From NCBI GenBank assembly GCA_043803405.1, contig JAZDKB010000016.1, forward strand, positions 59,634 through 123,633: a DNA stretch of 64,000 nt, written 5' to 3'. Below, piece after piece: positions 31,145-41,443 of this stretch (position 1 is its first letter; each line of letters starts with the position of its first letter). Position numbers and translations under genes: made by a program. The DNA is from Spirochaetota bacterium (GTDB lineage Bacteria; Spirochaetota; UBA4802; JAFGDQ01). The notes beneath the pieces are model-generated. The model worked only from the letters and a program-made list of their open reading frames with translations. It had not been told where the DNA came from and searched no databases.

Positions 31145-32719
31145 ATGAAACTCGGGATAAAAGGGAAAATGCTTTCCGGATTTATTTCCGTTGCAGTTAT
31201 TGCCGGAATTATCGGTTTTGCAGGAATATTCAGTTTAAGGACTATGTCGGAAAACAGCAGATTCATGTATCAGAAAGTCACGCAACCGATAGTTTTACAG
31301 GATCACATAGTTAAAAGTTTTATATTAATGAGAATGGAAATATACAGACAACTTTTAGCCAACACGGCAAAGGATGTTGAAGCGGCCACACAACGCGTTA
31401 AAAAACATTATGATGATATAAAAGGTTATTTGGTACAATATGACAATGAGATAATAAGCGAAGAGGTAAGAAAAGAATATACTGAATTTAAAAGGAGCCT
31501 TGATGCTTATTATGTCCTTTCGGAAAAGATCGAAGCAGAGAAAAAAGCCGGAAAAAAGAATGAACAAATAGAAGCAGTTCCAAAGGCAAGAGATATTGCT
31601 GTGACTATGCTGGAAAATTTGGAGAAGCTGACAAAAATAAGGCTGAATTATGCCGAACAAACTTATCAGAAAACCGATGGCAGCGCGCAGACTACTTCAA
31701 TTATTGTGATAATATTAACTGTTATAGGCTTTGCTGTTGCAATCGCAATAGGGTTACTGCTGACACAATCCATTTATAAAGTGGTTAATTCCATAGAGCA
31801 GGCTTCCATCCAGGTAATGGAAGGGACAAACCAGATTTCATCTTCTTCAGAAGAGCTTTCAACGGGCACAAACGAACAGGCTGCCACTGTTGAAGAAGTA
31901 TCCGCTTCCATAGAAGAGATGACTGCAACGATACAGCAGAATGCGGACAATGCAAACCAGACTGAGCGCATAGCGACAAAGAGCGCGGATGACGCAAAGG
32001 AAAGCGGTGAAAAAGTTAAGCAGACTGTAAAAGCAATGAAAGAGATAGCCGACAAGATTTCCATCATCCAGGAAATAGCGCGGCAAACCAACCTTCTTTC
32101 GCTGAATGCGTCTATTGAAGCTGCGCGTGCGGGTGAGCACGGCAGAGGCTTTGCGGTTGTAGCAAGCGAAGTGCAAAAACTTGCAGAACGAAGCCAGTTT
32201 GCTGCAAATGAAATTAACGAATTGTCCTCGACCAGCGTGGACACTGCCAATGTCGCAGGCGAAATGCTTGCCAAGCTGGTGCCGGATATTCAGAAGACCG
32301 CGGAGCTGGTTGCAGAGATAAACGCTGCAAGCGGTGAACAGGCAAACGGCGTCGAACAGATCAATACTGCGGTACAGCAGCTTAACAGCGTAGTTCAGCA
32401 AAACGCATCTAATTCGGAAGAGCTTGCCGCTACTGCCGAGGAACTCGCATCGCAGACAACTCTTATGAGGGAAGCTGTAGTATACCTTAAAACAGGAGAC
32501 AAATCGTTAAGGGATAATGAAGCTATAAACTTTCAGAATTTTCATGAAAAATATAAAAACAACACCCATTCAATTGCTACGCCGGTTAAGCAAAAAAGCG
32601 CTCCTAGAATAGCGAAATCAGCTGAACAAGTTAAAGACATTGAGAAAGAGAAAAAAAGTGATTTGAAGATTGAACTTGGCGATGCTGAGGACAAGGATTA
32701 TGAAAGGATTAAAAAGTGA
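31145..32719 (+). CDS. Methyl-accepting chemotaxis protein, periplasmic four-helix-bundle sensor
   Basis: Two TM helices; [33 protein letters not shown] hairpin; C-terminal tether. Confidence 0.97.
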   Translation: MKLGIKGKMLSGFISVAVIAGIIGFAGIFSLRTMSENSRFMYQKVTQPIVLQDHIVKSFILMRMEIYRQLLANTAKDVEAATQRVKKHYDDIKGYLVQYDNEIISEEVRKEYTEFKRSLDAYYVLSEKIEAEKKAGKKNEQIEAVPKARDIAVTMLENLEKLTKIRLNYAEQTYQKTDGSAQTTSIIVIILTVIGFAVAIAIGLLLTQSIYKVVNSIEQASIQVMEGTNQISSSSEELSTGTNEQAATVEEVSASIEEMTATIQQNADNANQTERIATKSADDAKESGEKVKQTVKAMKEIADKISIIQEIARQTNLLSLNASIEAARAGEHGRGFAVVASEVQKLAERSQFAANEINELSSTSVDTANVAGEMLAKLVPDIQKTAELVAEINAASGEQANGVEQINTAVQQLNSVVQQNASNSEELAATAEELASQTTLMREAVVYLKTGDKSLRDNEAINFQNFHEKYKNNTHSIATPVKQKSAPRIAKSAEQVKDIEKEKKSDLKIELGDAEDKDYERIKK

Positions 32720-32727
32720 GGATTAAC

Positions 32728-33243
32728 ATGAGTGATGACAAAAACGCGATGGTGCAATATCTGTCATTCAAACTGGACAACAATACTTTTGCTTTTAACG
32801 TATTGAAGACGCGCGAAGTCCTTTCTTTCACCAAGATAACGCCTATACCTTGCACTCCTCCTTATGTGGCAGGAGTTCTGAATTTACGCGGAAGCGTCGT
32901 CAGCGTCATAGATTTGCGGCTTAAATTCGGGATGAAGGGCGCAGAAATTACACCGGACACTGCTATAATAATAGTCGAAACAACTCTGGGGAACGATACG
33001 GTCGTGCTTGGCGCACTTGTGGACGCTGTTAAAGGTGTCCTGCGTTTTGAGGCTGACCAGATTGAGCCGCCGCCGAAGATCGGCATTAAACTTAATCTTG
33101 ACCTTATTAACGGCATCGGCAAACGAAACGATGATTTTGTCATCATACTGAACATTGACAAGGTATTTTCGGAAGAGGAAATAACCCTTATCAAGGAAAC
33201 AATTGATTCGAGCAATATTAAAAGTGATGAGATCACAGAATAA
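32728..33243 (+). CDS. cheW: CheW (cluster 2)
   Basis: QYLSF, GVLNLRGSVVSVIDLR, GALVD; start at MSDD after SD GAGGA. Confidence 0.95.
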   Translation: MSDDKNAMVQYLSFKLDNNTFAFNVLKTREVLSFTKITPIPCTPPYVAGVLNLRGSVVSVIDLRLKFGMKGAEITPDTAIIIVETTLGNDTVVLGALVDAVKGVLRFEADQIEPPPKIGIKLNLDLINGIGKRNDDFVIILNIDKVFSEEEITLIKETIDSSNIKSDEITE

Positions 33244-33248
33244 CATAC

Positions 33249-34109
33249 ATGGATTTTATCGATCAAGACCAAATAAAGATGAGCGAAAGCGAGAGGAGAA
33301 AGATCAGCTCGTTCATTGAAGAAAGATTTGGGATTAAGATGCCGCCTTCAAAAGCCACGCTCCTCATATCCAGGCTTTCAAAAAGATTAATAACACTGGG
33401 TTTAAAAACGTTCGGAGATTATTTTAAATATATCAACTCGCAGGAAGGAATGGCAAATGAGATTTATATTTTCATCGATCTCATTTCCACTCATGAAACG
33501 AGTTTCTTCAGAGAGGCTAAGCATTACGACATCCTGCTTTCTAAAGTATTGCCGAAAATCGTCACCGAATGCGGGGCAGGATTAAAACACCCGTTAAGAA
33601 TATTAAGCGCTGCATGTTCGACAGGTGAAGAACCTTATACCATTGCTGTAGTAGTATCGGAATTTATCGCATCAAACAATTATGTGAATTTTAAATATCA
33701 TATAACCGGAACCGATATTTCGTTAAAGGTCCTTGAAACAGCAAGACATGGTGTTTACGATGCGCATAAAATAGACAATGTTCCTAAGAAATACAAAACA
33801 AAGTATTTTATGGTTAACAAGAATAAAGGCAGCAATCTTGTAAGGATTGTTCCCGAACTGCGGGCTGATATCGATTTTTTCCCGATTAACCTTATGAACG
33901 AAAGTTATCCTTTTGAATATGAATATGATGTGATCTTTTTAAAAAATGTTCTTATCTATTTCGGCAGGGAAGATCAGGAAAAGATAATTCTGCGTTTATT
34001 AAAGTATCTTGCACCAGGAGGATTTTTCTTTGTCGGGTTATCGGAATCAATGGCCGGCCTTGGACTGCCGATAAAAAGCGTTATGCCTAGTATATTCAGG
34101 AAACATTGA
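33249..34109 (+). CDS. cheR: Chemotaxis methyltransferase CheR
   Basis: THETSFFRE, SAACSTGEEPYT, GTDIS, NVLIYF. Confidence 0.97.
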   Translation: MDFIDQDQIKMSESERRKISSFIEERFGIKMPPSKATLLISRLSKRLITLGLKTFGDYFKYINSQEGMANEIYIFIDLISTHETSFFREAKHYDILLSKVLPKIVTECGAGLKHPLRILSAACSTGEEPYTIAVVVSEFIASNNYVNFKYHITGTDISLKVLETARHGVYDAHKIDNVPKKYKTKYFMVNKNKGSNLVRIVPELRADIDFFPINLMNESYPFEYEYDVIFLKNVLIYFGREDQEKIILRLLKYLAPGGFFFVGLSESMAGLGLPIKSVMPSIFRKH

Positions 34110-34222
34110 TAAGAGGTGCATCTGCCAAGGGCTTAGGGTTCCGAAGAGATAAAGACATAAGGCAGTCCCGGAATTCAAAGGATTGAAGTAATTTTTTGCT
34201 ATATATTCTGCGGAGAAATTTT

Positions 34223-35293
34223 ATGAGCAAGGAAATAAAAGTGCTGATTGTCGATGATTCTGCGATCGTAAGGCAGACAATCAGCTCCATATTATCGAAA
34301 GAAAAAGACATAAAAGTAATCGGAACCGCGCAGGATCCGATTTTCGCTCTCGAAAAAATGAAAAACGAAATGCCGGATGTAATCATACTGGATATTGAAA
34401 TGCCAAGGATGGACGGGCTAACATTTCTTTATAAAATAATGACGCAGCAGCCCATCCCGGTTATTATCTGTTCAACACTGACACAGGAAGGCTCCGATTC
34501 GGCTTTAAAGGCAATAAGCTACGGCGCGGTAGATATAATAACAAAACCTAAAATAGGAACAAAACAATTCCTTGAGGAATCGGGCATTCTGCTTGTCGAC
34601 TCCGTAAGGGCAGCCTCTATTGCACGATTAAAAACAATCCCTAAAATCGGAATGCTTCATGATGTTTCCATGGTTGCAAACGCGGATGCAGTAATTAAAA
34701 ATAAAAAAAAGATACTTACCGAAACAACTGATAAGGTAATTGTAGTCGGAGCATCCACAGGAGGCACCGAGGCTTTGAAGGATTTTTTGTGCGCATTGCC
34801 GGTTGATGTCCCGGGCATTGTTGTTGTGCAGCACATGCCGGAAAACTTTACACGCGCGTTTGCAAACCGGCTGGACTCCATGTGCCAGATACACGTTAAA
34901 GAAGCAAAAAACGGAGACAGTGTCCTTCGCGGACAGGCGCTCATTGCTCCCGGGAACCTGCATACATTGCTAAAAAGAAGCGGAGCCATATATTCGGTAG
35001 AAGTCAAGGACGGGCCTCTTGTTTCAAGGCACAGGCCGTCTGTAAATGTGCTTTTTCAGTCTACTGCGTACAATGCTGGCAAGAATGCTGTAGGAGTGAT
35101 TATGACCGGTATGGGAAACGACGGAGCTACAGGCATGAAGGAAATGAAGGATGCCGGCGCGTACAACCTTGCACAGGATGAGGAAAGCTGCGTTGTATTC
35201 GGCATGCCCAAGGAAGCAATCAAGGCCGGCGCTGTAGATAAGGTTGTCCCACTCACCCGTTTAAGTTTCGAAGCATATCAGGCAGCGAAGTAA
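34223..35293 (+). CDS. cheB: Chemotaxis methylesterase CheB (cluster 2)
   Basis: REC domain plus [24 protein letters not shown]; start at MSKE after SD GGAG. Confidence 0.97.
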   Translation: MSKEIKVLIVDDSAIVRQTISSILSKEKDIKVIGTAQDPIFALEKMKNEMPDVIILDIEMPRMDGLTFLYKIMTQQPIPVIICSTLTQEGSDSALKAISYGAVDIITKPKIGTKQFLEESGILLVDSVRAASIARLKTIPKIGMLHDVSMVANADAVIKNKKKILTETTDKVIVVGASTGGTEALKDFLCALPVDVPGIVVVQHMPENFTRAFANRLDSMCQIHVKEAKNGDSVLRGQALIAPGNLHTLLKRSGAIYSVEVKDGPLVSRHRPSVNVLFQSTAYNAGKNAVGVIMTGMGNDGATGMKEMKDAGAYNLAQDEESCVVFGMPKEAIKAGAVDKVVPLTRLSFEAYQAAK

Positions 35294-35483
35294 ATGCTTT
35301 CGGGAGCTTTTCCGCATGCGGTTTTATCTCAGTATAATCATCATTATTTTCCCCGATGCTACTAAATTCATGTTGCAGTATTTTATCTGTTTGTTTTCTA
35401 TGAACACAAACTAGTACACTGTCATATCCGATTTTTAGGGTTGATAGCTGCCAGGAATTGAAATACATTACACAAGTAATTTT

Positions 35484-36473
35484 ATGGAGCCATGCATGAG
35501 CATCTGCCCGGAAATTAGCGACAAATTAATGTCGCCCGACCAGGCTGTAAAAAAATTCATTAAGGACAGGACGCAGCTTGCCATAGGCGGCTTTACTGTT
35601 TCGCGGAATCCCATGGCAATTGTGTACGAAATCATTCGCCAAAGGATTAAAGATATTCATCTTGTTTGCCACTCGAACGGACAGGCACTGGATATGCTGA
35701 TCGGCGCGGGATGCGTTAAAAGGCTGGAAATAGCCTATGGCGGCAACGGCAGGTTCGCCCCGACCTGCATAAGGTTCAAAAAAGCCGTACAGGAAGGGAA
35801 ACTCGAATTTGAGGATTATTCCAATTACCAGATGAGCCTGCGTTTTTTGGCAGGGTCTCTCGGCATCCCCTTTATCCCGACAAAATCCGGGCTTGGCTCG
35901 GATATATTCAATCTCGAAGGCTTCGCAAAAGAAACCAGAAAAGAACAAAAAGTCGCCAGCAAAAAGTTCTCGATGCTGCAGAATCCTTTTAATGATGAGG
36001 ATGATAAAGTAATACTGCTTCCAGCACTCACCCCGGATGTTGCGCTACTTCATGCTCAGTATGTCGGTGAAGACGGCACTGTGCGCATCAAAGGGCTGAC
36101 ATTTGCAGATCTGGAGCAGGCAAAATCTGCGGACACGGTAATTGTAAGCTGCGAAGAAATCGTCCCCAGGTCTTTCATCAGACAGGACCCGGATCAAAAC
36201 TCGCTGCCGTCCTTTCTGATCGATGCCATCATAAAGGTCCCGTACGGCGCCCACCCTACTGCATGTTATTCGTTTTACGACTATGATCCTAAACATCTTA
36301 ATCTTTATAAAAAAATGGCAGATGATGATGTTCTCTTTAAGCAATATCTTGAAGAATGGGTATACGGCGTTTCGGACCACGAGGAATATTTAAGCAAGAT
36401 AGGCAAGCCGATGCTCACGGCGTTAAAGGCAGACAGGGTATTGGGTTATGCTGCCGGATTTAAAAGGAAATAG
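35484..36473 (+). CDS. gctA: Family I CoA-transferase subunit A (glutaconate CoA-transferase-like)
   Basis: IGGFTVSRNPMA, LIGAG, GIPFIP, PYGAHP; substrate not provable from sequence. Confidence 0.8.
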   Translation: MEPCMSICPEISDKLMSPDQAVKKFIKDRTQLAIGGFTVSRNPMAIVYEIIRQRIKDIHLVCHSNGQALDMLIGAGCVKRLEIAYGGNGRFAPTCIRFKKAVQEGKLEFEDYSNYQMSLRFLAGSLGIPFIPTKSGLGSDIFNLEGFAKETRKEQKVASKKFSMLQNPFNDEDDKVILLPALTPDVALLHAQYVGEDGTVRIKGLTFADLEQAKSADTVIVSCEEIVPRSFIRQDPDQNSLPSFLIDAIIKVPYGAHPTACYSFYDYDPKHLNLYKKMADDDVLFKQYLEEWVYGVSDHEEYLSKIGKPMLTALKADRVLGYAAGFKRK

Positions 36474-36476
36474 CAG

Positions 36477-37235
36477 ATGCTGGATTATACAGATAATGAA
36501 ATGATGGCAATTAGCGCCGGAAGATTCATTAAAAACGGCGACATCGTCTTTGCAGGGACAGGCATATCCATGCTGGCAGCCACAACAGCAAAAAAAATTT
36601 ACGCTCCGAAGGCAGTTATCTTTTTTGAAACCGGCGGGATCGACCCGTCTCTCGATGAAATCCCGATGGCAGTTTCCGATTCAAGGGTAATGAGCGGAGC
36701 AAGCATTAACTCCGGGCTGATCGATGCTTTCTCAATAGCAGGGCACAGAAAACTGCACACGATCGCTTTTCTAGGCGCAGCGCAAATAGACAAGTTCGGG
36801 AACCTGAACACGACCTGCATTGGCGATTACCATAAACCCGCAACGCGGTTTCCGGGCAGCGGCGGAGCATGCGACGCATCCTCACTTACATCGGGCGTCA
36901 TTGCTTTTATGAAGCATGAAAAGACAAGATTCGTGGAAAAGCTGGATTATCTTACCAGCGTCGGCTGGTATAAAGGCGGCGATTCACGCAAAAGGCTCGG
37001 CCTAAAAAGAGGCGGAGCTATTGCTGTTATAACAAATCTTGGCATTATGAAATTCCACGAGGATAGCAAAGAAATGTATCTTGCCGAATATTATCCCGGA
37101 GTATCCGTAAAGAAAATTTCGGATAATACAGGCTTTAAACTCGATGTATCTATGGCAGCGGAGGCAATCCCGCCGTCACATGAAGAATTGCGTATTCTCA
37201 GAGAAAAAGTTGATCCTGAAAAGCTTATCCTATAA
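36477..37235 (+). CDS. gctB: Family I CoA-transferase subunit B
   Basis: VFAGTG, catalytic-type FFETG, GAAQIDKFGNLN, PGSGGA. Confidence 0.8.
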   Translation: MLDYTDNEMMAISAGRFIKNGDIVFAGTGISMLAATTAKKIYAPKAVIFFETGGIDPSLDEIPMAVSDSRVMSGASINSGLIDAFSIAGHRKLHTIAFLGAAQIDKFGNLNTTCIGDYHKPATRFPGSGGACDASSLTSGVIAFMKHEKTRFVEKLDYLTSVGWYKGGDSRKRLGLKRGGAIAVITNLGIMKFHEDSKEMYLAEYYPGVSVKKISDNTGFKLDVSMAAEAIPPSHEELRILREKVDPEKLIL

Positions 37236-37263
37236 GCATCGAAAAACTTACATTACCCATATT

Positions 37264-37971
37264 CTACTTGCCATTATAAAATTCGGGGTACAGCTTACGC
37301 GCGCAATCAGGACAAATACCGTGAGTGAATTCAGCTTCAGAGCGGCTTTTTATGTATATCTCAACCTGCTCCCATACGCCTTTATCGTTCCGGATTCTCT
37401 TGCAGTTTGCGCAAATCGGGAGCATCCCTGTCAGAGTCTTTATTTTCGACAAGGCTTCCTTAAGCTCAACAATAAGCTTTTCTTTTTCCTCTTCAGCGCG
37501 TTTGCGCTCCTTAATTTCTTTTTCAAGATCAGCGTTTATAATGCTCAATTTTAAGTTGATCGACTCCTGTTCTTTATTATGAGCAGCAATTTTTTCCTGC
37601 GCTTCCTGCTTTTCAAGTGCATGTCTTATGTGAAGTAAAAGCTGATCTATATCAACCGGTTTTAAAAGATATGAGAAAGCGCCCATGTTTGTAGCTTCAA
37701 TCGCAGAATTCAACGAAGCGTTTCCGGTAAGTATAATGGTCTCAGCATCAGGATTGCCGGCTTTTATGTTTTTAAGCACATCAATGCCGGACATATCCGG
37801 CAGTATAAGGTCGAGTATTATCAGATTTGCATTATTCAATCTGAGCAAATTGAGGCCTTCTTTCCCGTTCGGAGCAATTATTGCATCGTAACCCTTTACT
37901 TTCAAAATCCCTGTGAGTGTTTTTCTTAGATTGGCATCATCATCTATTATTAAAATATTCGATTTCCCCAT
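37264..37971 (-). CDS. Response regulator: REC + coiled coil + Cys-rich tail
   Basis: REC (IDDD, LDLILP, KP); tail LPICANCKRIRND...FTHGICPDC. Confidence 0.9.
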   Translation of the reverse strand: MGKSNILIIDDDANLRKTLTGILKVKGYDAIIAPNGKEGLNLLRLNNANLIILDLILPDMSGIDVLKNIKAGNPDAETIILTGNASLNSAIEATNMGAFSYLLKPVDIDQLLLHIRHALEKQEAQEKIAAHNKEQESINLKLSIINADLEKEIKERKRAEEEKEKLIVELKEALSKIKTLTGMLPICANCKRIRNDKGVWEQVEIYIKSRSEAEFTHGICPDCARKLYPEFYNGK

Positions 37972-38073
37972 AATCGTTTAGTCCTTTGTTTGTTACTATT
38001 GTATTCTAACGCAATTCAAGTACTATCAGAGAATTCCTTAAGAGGGGTTGGCTCATCCTGCTCAAATATGCTC

Positions 38074-38499
38074 TTACTGAAATGAACCTCCATTATCCAT
38101 AAATACAGACTTTAATTTGTCAGTGTTTATCCCATTGACACTGAGCTTGGATAAAAAGTCAAGTATAAGCTGCATTTCAAAAGGTTTAGTCAGAACAGCA
38201 TAAGCCCCCTCGTGTTCTGCCTCAGCTTTCTGTTCCTCAGTCACATAGGCGCTCATTATTATGACAGGGAAACTAGGGTGCATTTTATTAATAATCTTAA
38301 GCGTTTCTATACCGTTCATTCCGTTCATTTTCACATCCATAATGAGACAATCTGGATGGCTCTCCTTAAGTCTTTCAATTGCCTCTTCTCCGCTATTAAT
38401 GACAGTGCCTTCAAAACCATTGATCTTAAGAATGTCATATATAGTCTTAGCCATCCGTTTGTCGTCATCAACTATGAGCACCTCAATGGATTTTTTCAT
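38074..38499 (-). CDS. Stand-alone REC response regulator
   Basis: VDDD, MDVKM, SAY, TKPF; ATG abuts the kinase stop codon. Confidence 0.9.
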   Translation of the reverse strand: MKKSIEVLIVDDDKRMAKTIYDILKINGFEGTVINSGEEAIERLKESHPDCLIMDVKMNGMNGIETLKIINKMHPSFPVIIMSAYVTEEQKAEAEHEGAYAVLTKPFEMQLILDFLSKLSVNGINTDKLKSVFMDNGGSFQ

Positions 38500-39966
38500 C
38501 TATCCCCCTGCAACCGGCAATTCAATTGAAAATGTAGTGCCTGCCCCGACCTCGCTTATCACAAAAATACGGCCATTATTCGCTTCAACAAGATTTTTAC
38601 AAATAACCAGCCCAAGTCCGATTCCTTTTGTTTTTGTGGTAAAAAGCGGCTGGAATAAATTATTCATGTTTTCCGGATTGATTCCTGTTCCCGAATCTTT
38701 AACACTAATTTCTACAAATTGTGTGCTGTCACCACTTATACGTTCATCTGTAAATCCGGCGTTATTGTTTTTATCCTGATATACAGAAGGCCGCGCGTTT
38801 ATGCAAATGAGCCCGCCTTCAGGCATCGCCTGAACAGCATTTGTTACCAGATTGACCAGGACCTGGTCAATCTGAAAAGGATCTGCAAAGATAAATGGCA
38901 GGTTATCAGGTATGTCAATTGCAATATCAATATTCCGCGGTAGATCGATTTTATTTATGCACTGCGAAACAAGGTCAGGCACAGATGTCTGAACAGAATG
39001 TGGGGCTTTTGTGCGTGAAAAATCCATAAGATCGTTGATAATCCGCTCTGAATTCTGCACTTCCTGTTTAATAATATCCAGATATTCTTTTACATCATCA
39101 TCCGTATCCGGCAAAATATTTTTAAGGTAATATACGGCATTATTAATAACCCCAAGCGGATTCCGTATTTCATGCCCTACAAAGCCGGCCAGCTGGCCAA
39201 GTATAAATAGCTTTTCCTTGCGGATAAGTTCTTCCTGTGCAGATTTAAGAGCTTCTTTGGCAAGCATTTCCTGATGATAGGCTTTTTCCATATTACTGTA
39301 ATATATATGATTCTCAACAACCGAGGATAGTAGCCCTGCCAGATTACCGGAGCCGAGCAACGCATCCTCATTGTCGTCAATTTTCCTGTAAATCCCTGCG
39401 TTACCGGCAGAATTACCGATAACCATCAAATATGCAGGCCAGTTGCGTGCTCCCAGCGGATATATTACATATTCATTCATAAGCAGTTTCTCTCTGCACC
39501 GGATCAGCCTTCTATTATCAGAATATGATGTGCATATAATATACTCGGTACCGTTAAACAAAGGAAACAGAAAGCGTTCATCGGAAGAAATTGATATTTT
39601 CGAGATAATTGTTTTTTCTTTCTCATCATAATAACCGTCGGAAGCCAACAGCGAAAAAAATCCTGATTCCGAAGATTTCCGGAAGAACAAAACCCTCTCA
39701 TACTCAAGTACATGAATAATGTATTCAAGCGCATATTCAAAAATCTTTTGCAGATTGAATTGCTCATTGAATTTCTTGCTTAACTCATAAAGTTTCTGAT
39801 ATTCATTAAGCTGTGTATCAAGCTCCTGCTGGTAAATGTAGAGCCTTGTTTCCGCTTTAATAAGACGTTTAACCTGATCTGAAAGTTTCTTATTTTCCTG
39901 TTTTAACCGGGTTAGTTCCTGTATCTGGTCAGACGTAGACTGCGTGTTATTTTTACCTGAGGCCAT
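38500..39966 (-). CDS. Cytoplasmic sensor histidine kinase (coiled coil, GAF-like region, HisKA, HATPase)
   Basis: H box GHEIRNPL, N box NAVQAM, DSGTG, LFQPLFTT, GIGLGL; no TM helix. Confidence 0.95.
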   Translation of the reverse strand: MASGKNNTQSTSDQIQELTRLKQENKKLSDQVKRLIKAETRLYIYQQELDTQLNEYQKLYELSKKFNEQFNLQKIFEYALEYIIHVLEYERVLFFRKSSESGFFSLLASDGYYDEKEKTIISKISISSDERFLFPLFNGTEYIICTSYSDNRRLIRCREKLLMNEYVIYPLGARNWPAYLMVIGNSAGNAGIYRKIDDNEDALLGSGNLAGLLSSVVENHIYYSNMEKAYHQEMLAKEALKSAQEELIRKEKLFILGQLAGFVGHEIRNPLGVINNAVYYLKNILPDTDDDVKEYLDIIKQEVQNSERIINDLMDFSRTKAPHSVQTSVPDLVSQCINKIDLPRNIDIAIDIPDNLPFIFADPFQIDQVLVNLVTNAVQAMPEGGLICINARPSVYQDKNNNAGFTDERISGDSTQFVEISVKDSGTGINPENMNNLFQPLFTTKTKGIGLGLVICKNLVEANNGRIFVISEVGAGTTFSIELPVAGG

Positions 39967-40000
39967 AATTTATATTTATCTTAAACAGAATAATGAATTA

Positions 40001-41191
40001 TTAATATATAGCGGCAACAACAGCAGTTAAATTATGGGAAAAATTACTATCTGCTACAGGACCGATCTCTCCATAAGTATAAAAACCGATCCAGGGAATA
40101 TCTTCTCCAATATCTTTCTGCAGTGTCTTTATCAGCTTAATTTTTTCTCTCTCTCTGAATACAAGTTTTCCTCTGCCGACACAGTCAAAATGAAGAACGA
40201 ATTTTGGCTTTTTATCGCCAATCTTTTCAGTTATCTGCCTGGATAATTCGCGTACGCCGTTTTTTATCAGATCTTTATCGCGTCTGACAATCCAGAACTC
40301 CGTACCATTAACAACATCTGTTTGAATCTTTACTGAACCGTTTTCCCCGTCCTTACTCATCATATACCGGACTACATATTCACCGTAATTACTTTTAATA
40401 TTCTCCGGAGTTTTAAATCCCAGACAAAGATTAAGGGATATTTTGTTCCATTGTGTCTTCCAGCCGTCTTCAAAGTAATCCGACAGCGCATCAATAGCAG
40501 GCATACCGTCGATCTCGTAAATAATGTTACCTGAACCCTTGGTAATAGTCCGTCTTGTTCCCACCGGTATGCAACCGTGAGTAATTCCCCACGCAATATT
40601 GCCGATACCGGACATCAGAACACAGGATACGGCCTCGGATAAAACAAGATCATTATGATATTGAAAAGTCTGCTGAGATTCGCAATTATCGGCTGCCAAT
40701 CCGCCAAATAACAAAAGAGGTTTTTTATCCTGAAGGGATTTCTCAAACATCGACAGAAATGGCGCAAAATTAAAGGTTAACCCGTCCGGAAAAATAAAAC
40801 AGGCAAGATTGTCAGCGGTTAGCTTCTTATTTATTTTCTTCGCAAGAGTTTCTCCTGCCGTTCCGGCTTCGTTTTTAACATCCTCAACATAATAATTGTC
40901 AAATCTGAGTTCAGTTGATTTAATTGCCATAACTGCAACACAAAAATTGCTTTCAACCGCAGTCCCCCTGGTAATAATTCCTTCTCCGGAACAACCGCTA
41001 AGCGGCGCTCCGAACGAAGCTTCCCGTATCGATTTTAAAAGAACTTCCTGATTGTATCCGACTGTAGCAAATACAAATAAAAAATCCGGTTTATTGATTC
41101 CGGCATTTTCAAGAGCCTGTGCAACAGCTTCTTTCCCGGCCTCCACCGGATTTCGGTTGATACTGTTTCCTACTCCAGCTTTTGTACTCAT
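40001..41191 (-). CDS. FIST N + FIST C domain protein (NosP-like)
   Basis: GCSGEG, FPDGL, GGLAAD, HGCIPVG, EIDGMPA, CVGRG, GFYTYGEI motifs. Confidence 0.92.
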   Translation of the reverse strand: MSTKAGVGNSINRNPVEAGKEAVAQALENAGINKPDFLFVFATVGYNQEVLLKSIREASFGAPLSGCSGEGIITRGTAVESNFCVAVMAIKSTELRFDNYYVEDVKNEAGTAGETLAKKINKKLTADNLACFIFPDGLTFNFAPFLSMFEKSLQDKKPLLLFGGLAADNCESQQTFQYHNDLVLSEAVSCVLMSGIGNIAWGITHGCIPVGTRRTITKGSGNIIYEIDGMPAIDALSDYFEDGWKTQWNKISLNLCLGFKTPENIKSNYGEYVVRYMMSKDGENGSVKIQTDVVNGTEFWIVRRDKDLIKNGVRELSRQITEKIGDKKPKFVLHFDCVGRGKLVFREREKIKLIKTLQKDIGEDIPWIGFYTYGEIGPVADSNFSHNLTAVVAAIY

Positions 41192-41306
41192 CTTATAACC
41201 GTTTTATTATAAAATTATAAAATATATTGAATATTACCAAGACAATCATAATTGTTAAAAAATAGTCAGTTTAACGTTTGTAAAATTCAATATTTATTTA
41301 ACTTAT

Positions 41307-41335
41307 ATATTACTATTGTCAGCAGCTTATGTCAA
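41307..41335 (-). promoter_or_regulatory. Sigma70-type promoter of FIST operon
   Basis: TTGACA-17 bp-TAATAT on minus strand. Confidence 0.6.
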
Positions 41336-41358
41336 CAGCATCTTAAAAAATAAAAGTA

Positions 41359-41387
41359 TTGAAGTATATTAAAATGTTGTTTATATT
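41359..41387 (+). promoter_or_regulatory. Candidate promoter of rel
   Basis: TTGAAG-17 bp-TATATT, divergent from the FIST promoter. Confidence 0.4.
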
Positions 41388-41443
41388 TTAGATGTATATT
41401 TTATTACTTAAACGAACCCGATCACATAATACATATATAAAAC

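Noticed and set aside
34110..34222. TAGGGTTCCG (ykkC/guanidine-I-like) or a cheD remnant between cheR and cheB
   Set aside because: The rest of the ykkC motif is absent and no frame resembles CheD.
38020..38070. TATCAGAGA...GAGGGGTTGGCTC resembling the 5' half of SAM-I
   Set aside because: Antisense to the operon and lacks the GCAACC and 3' elements.
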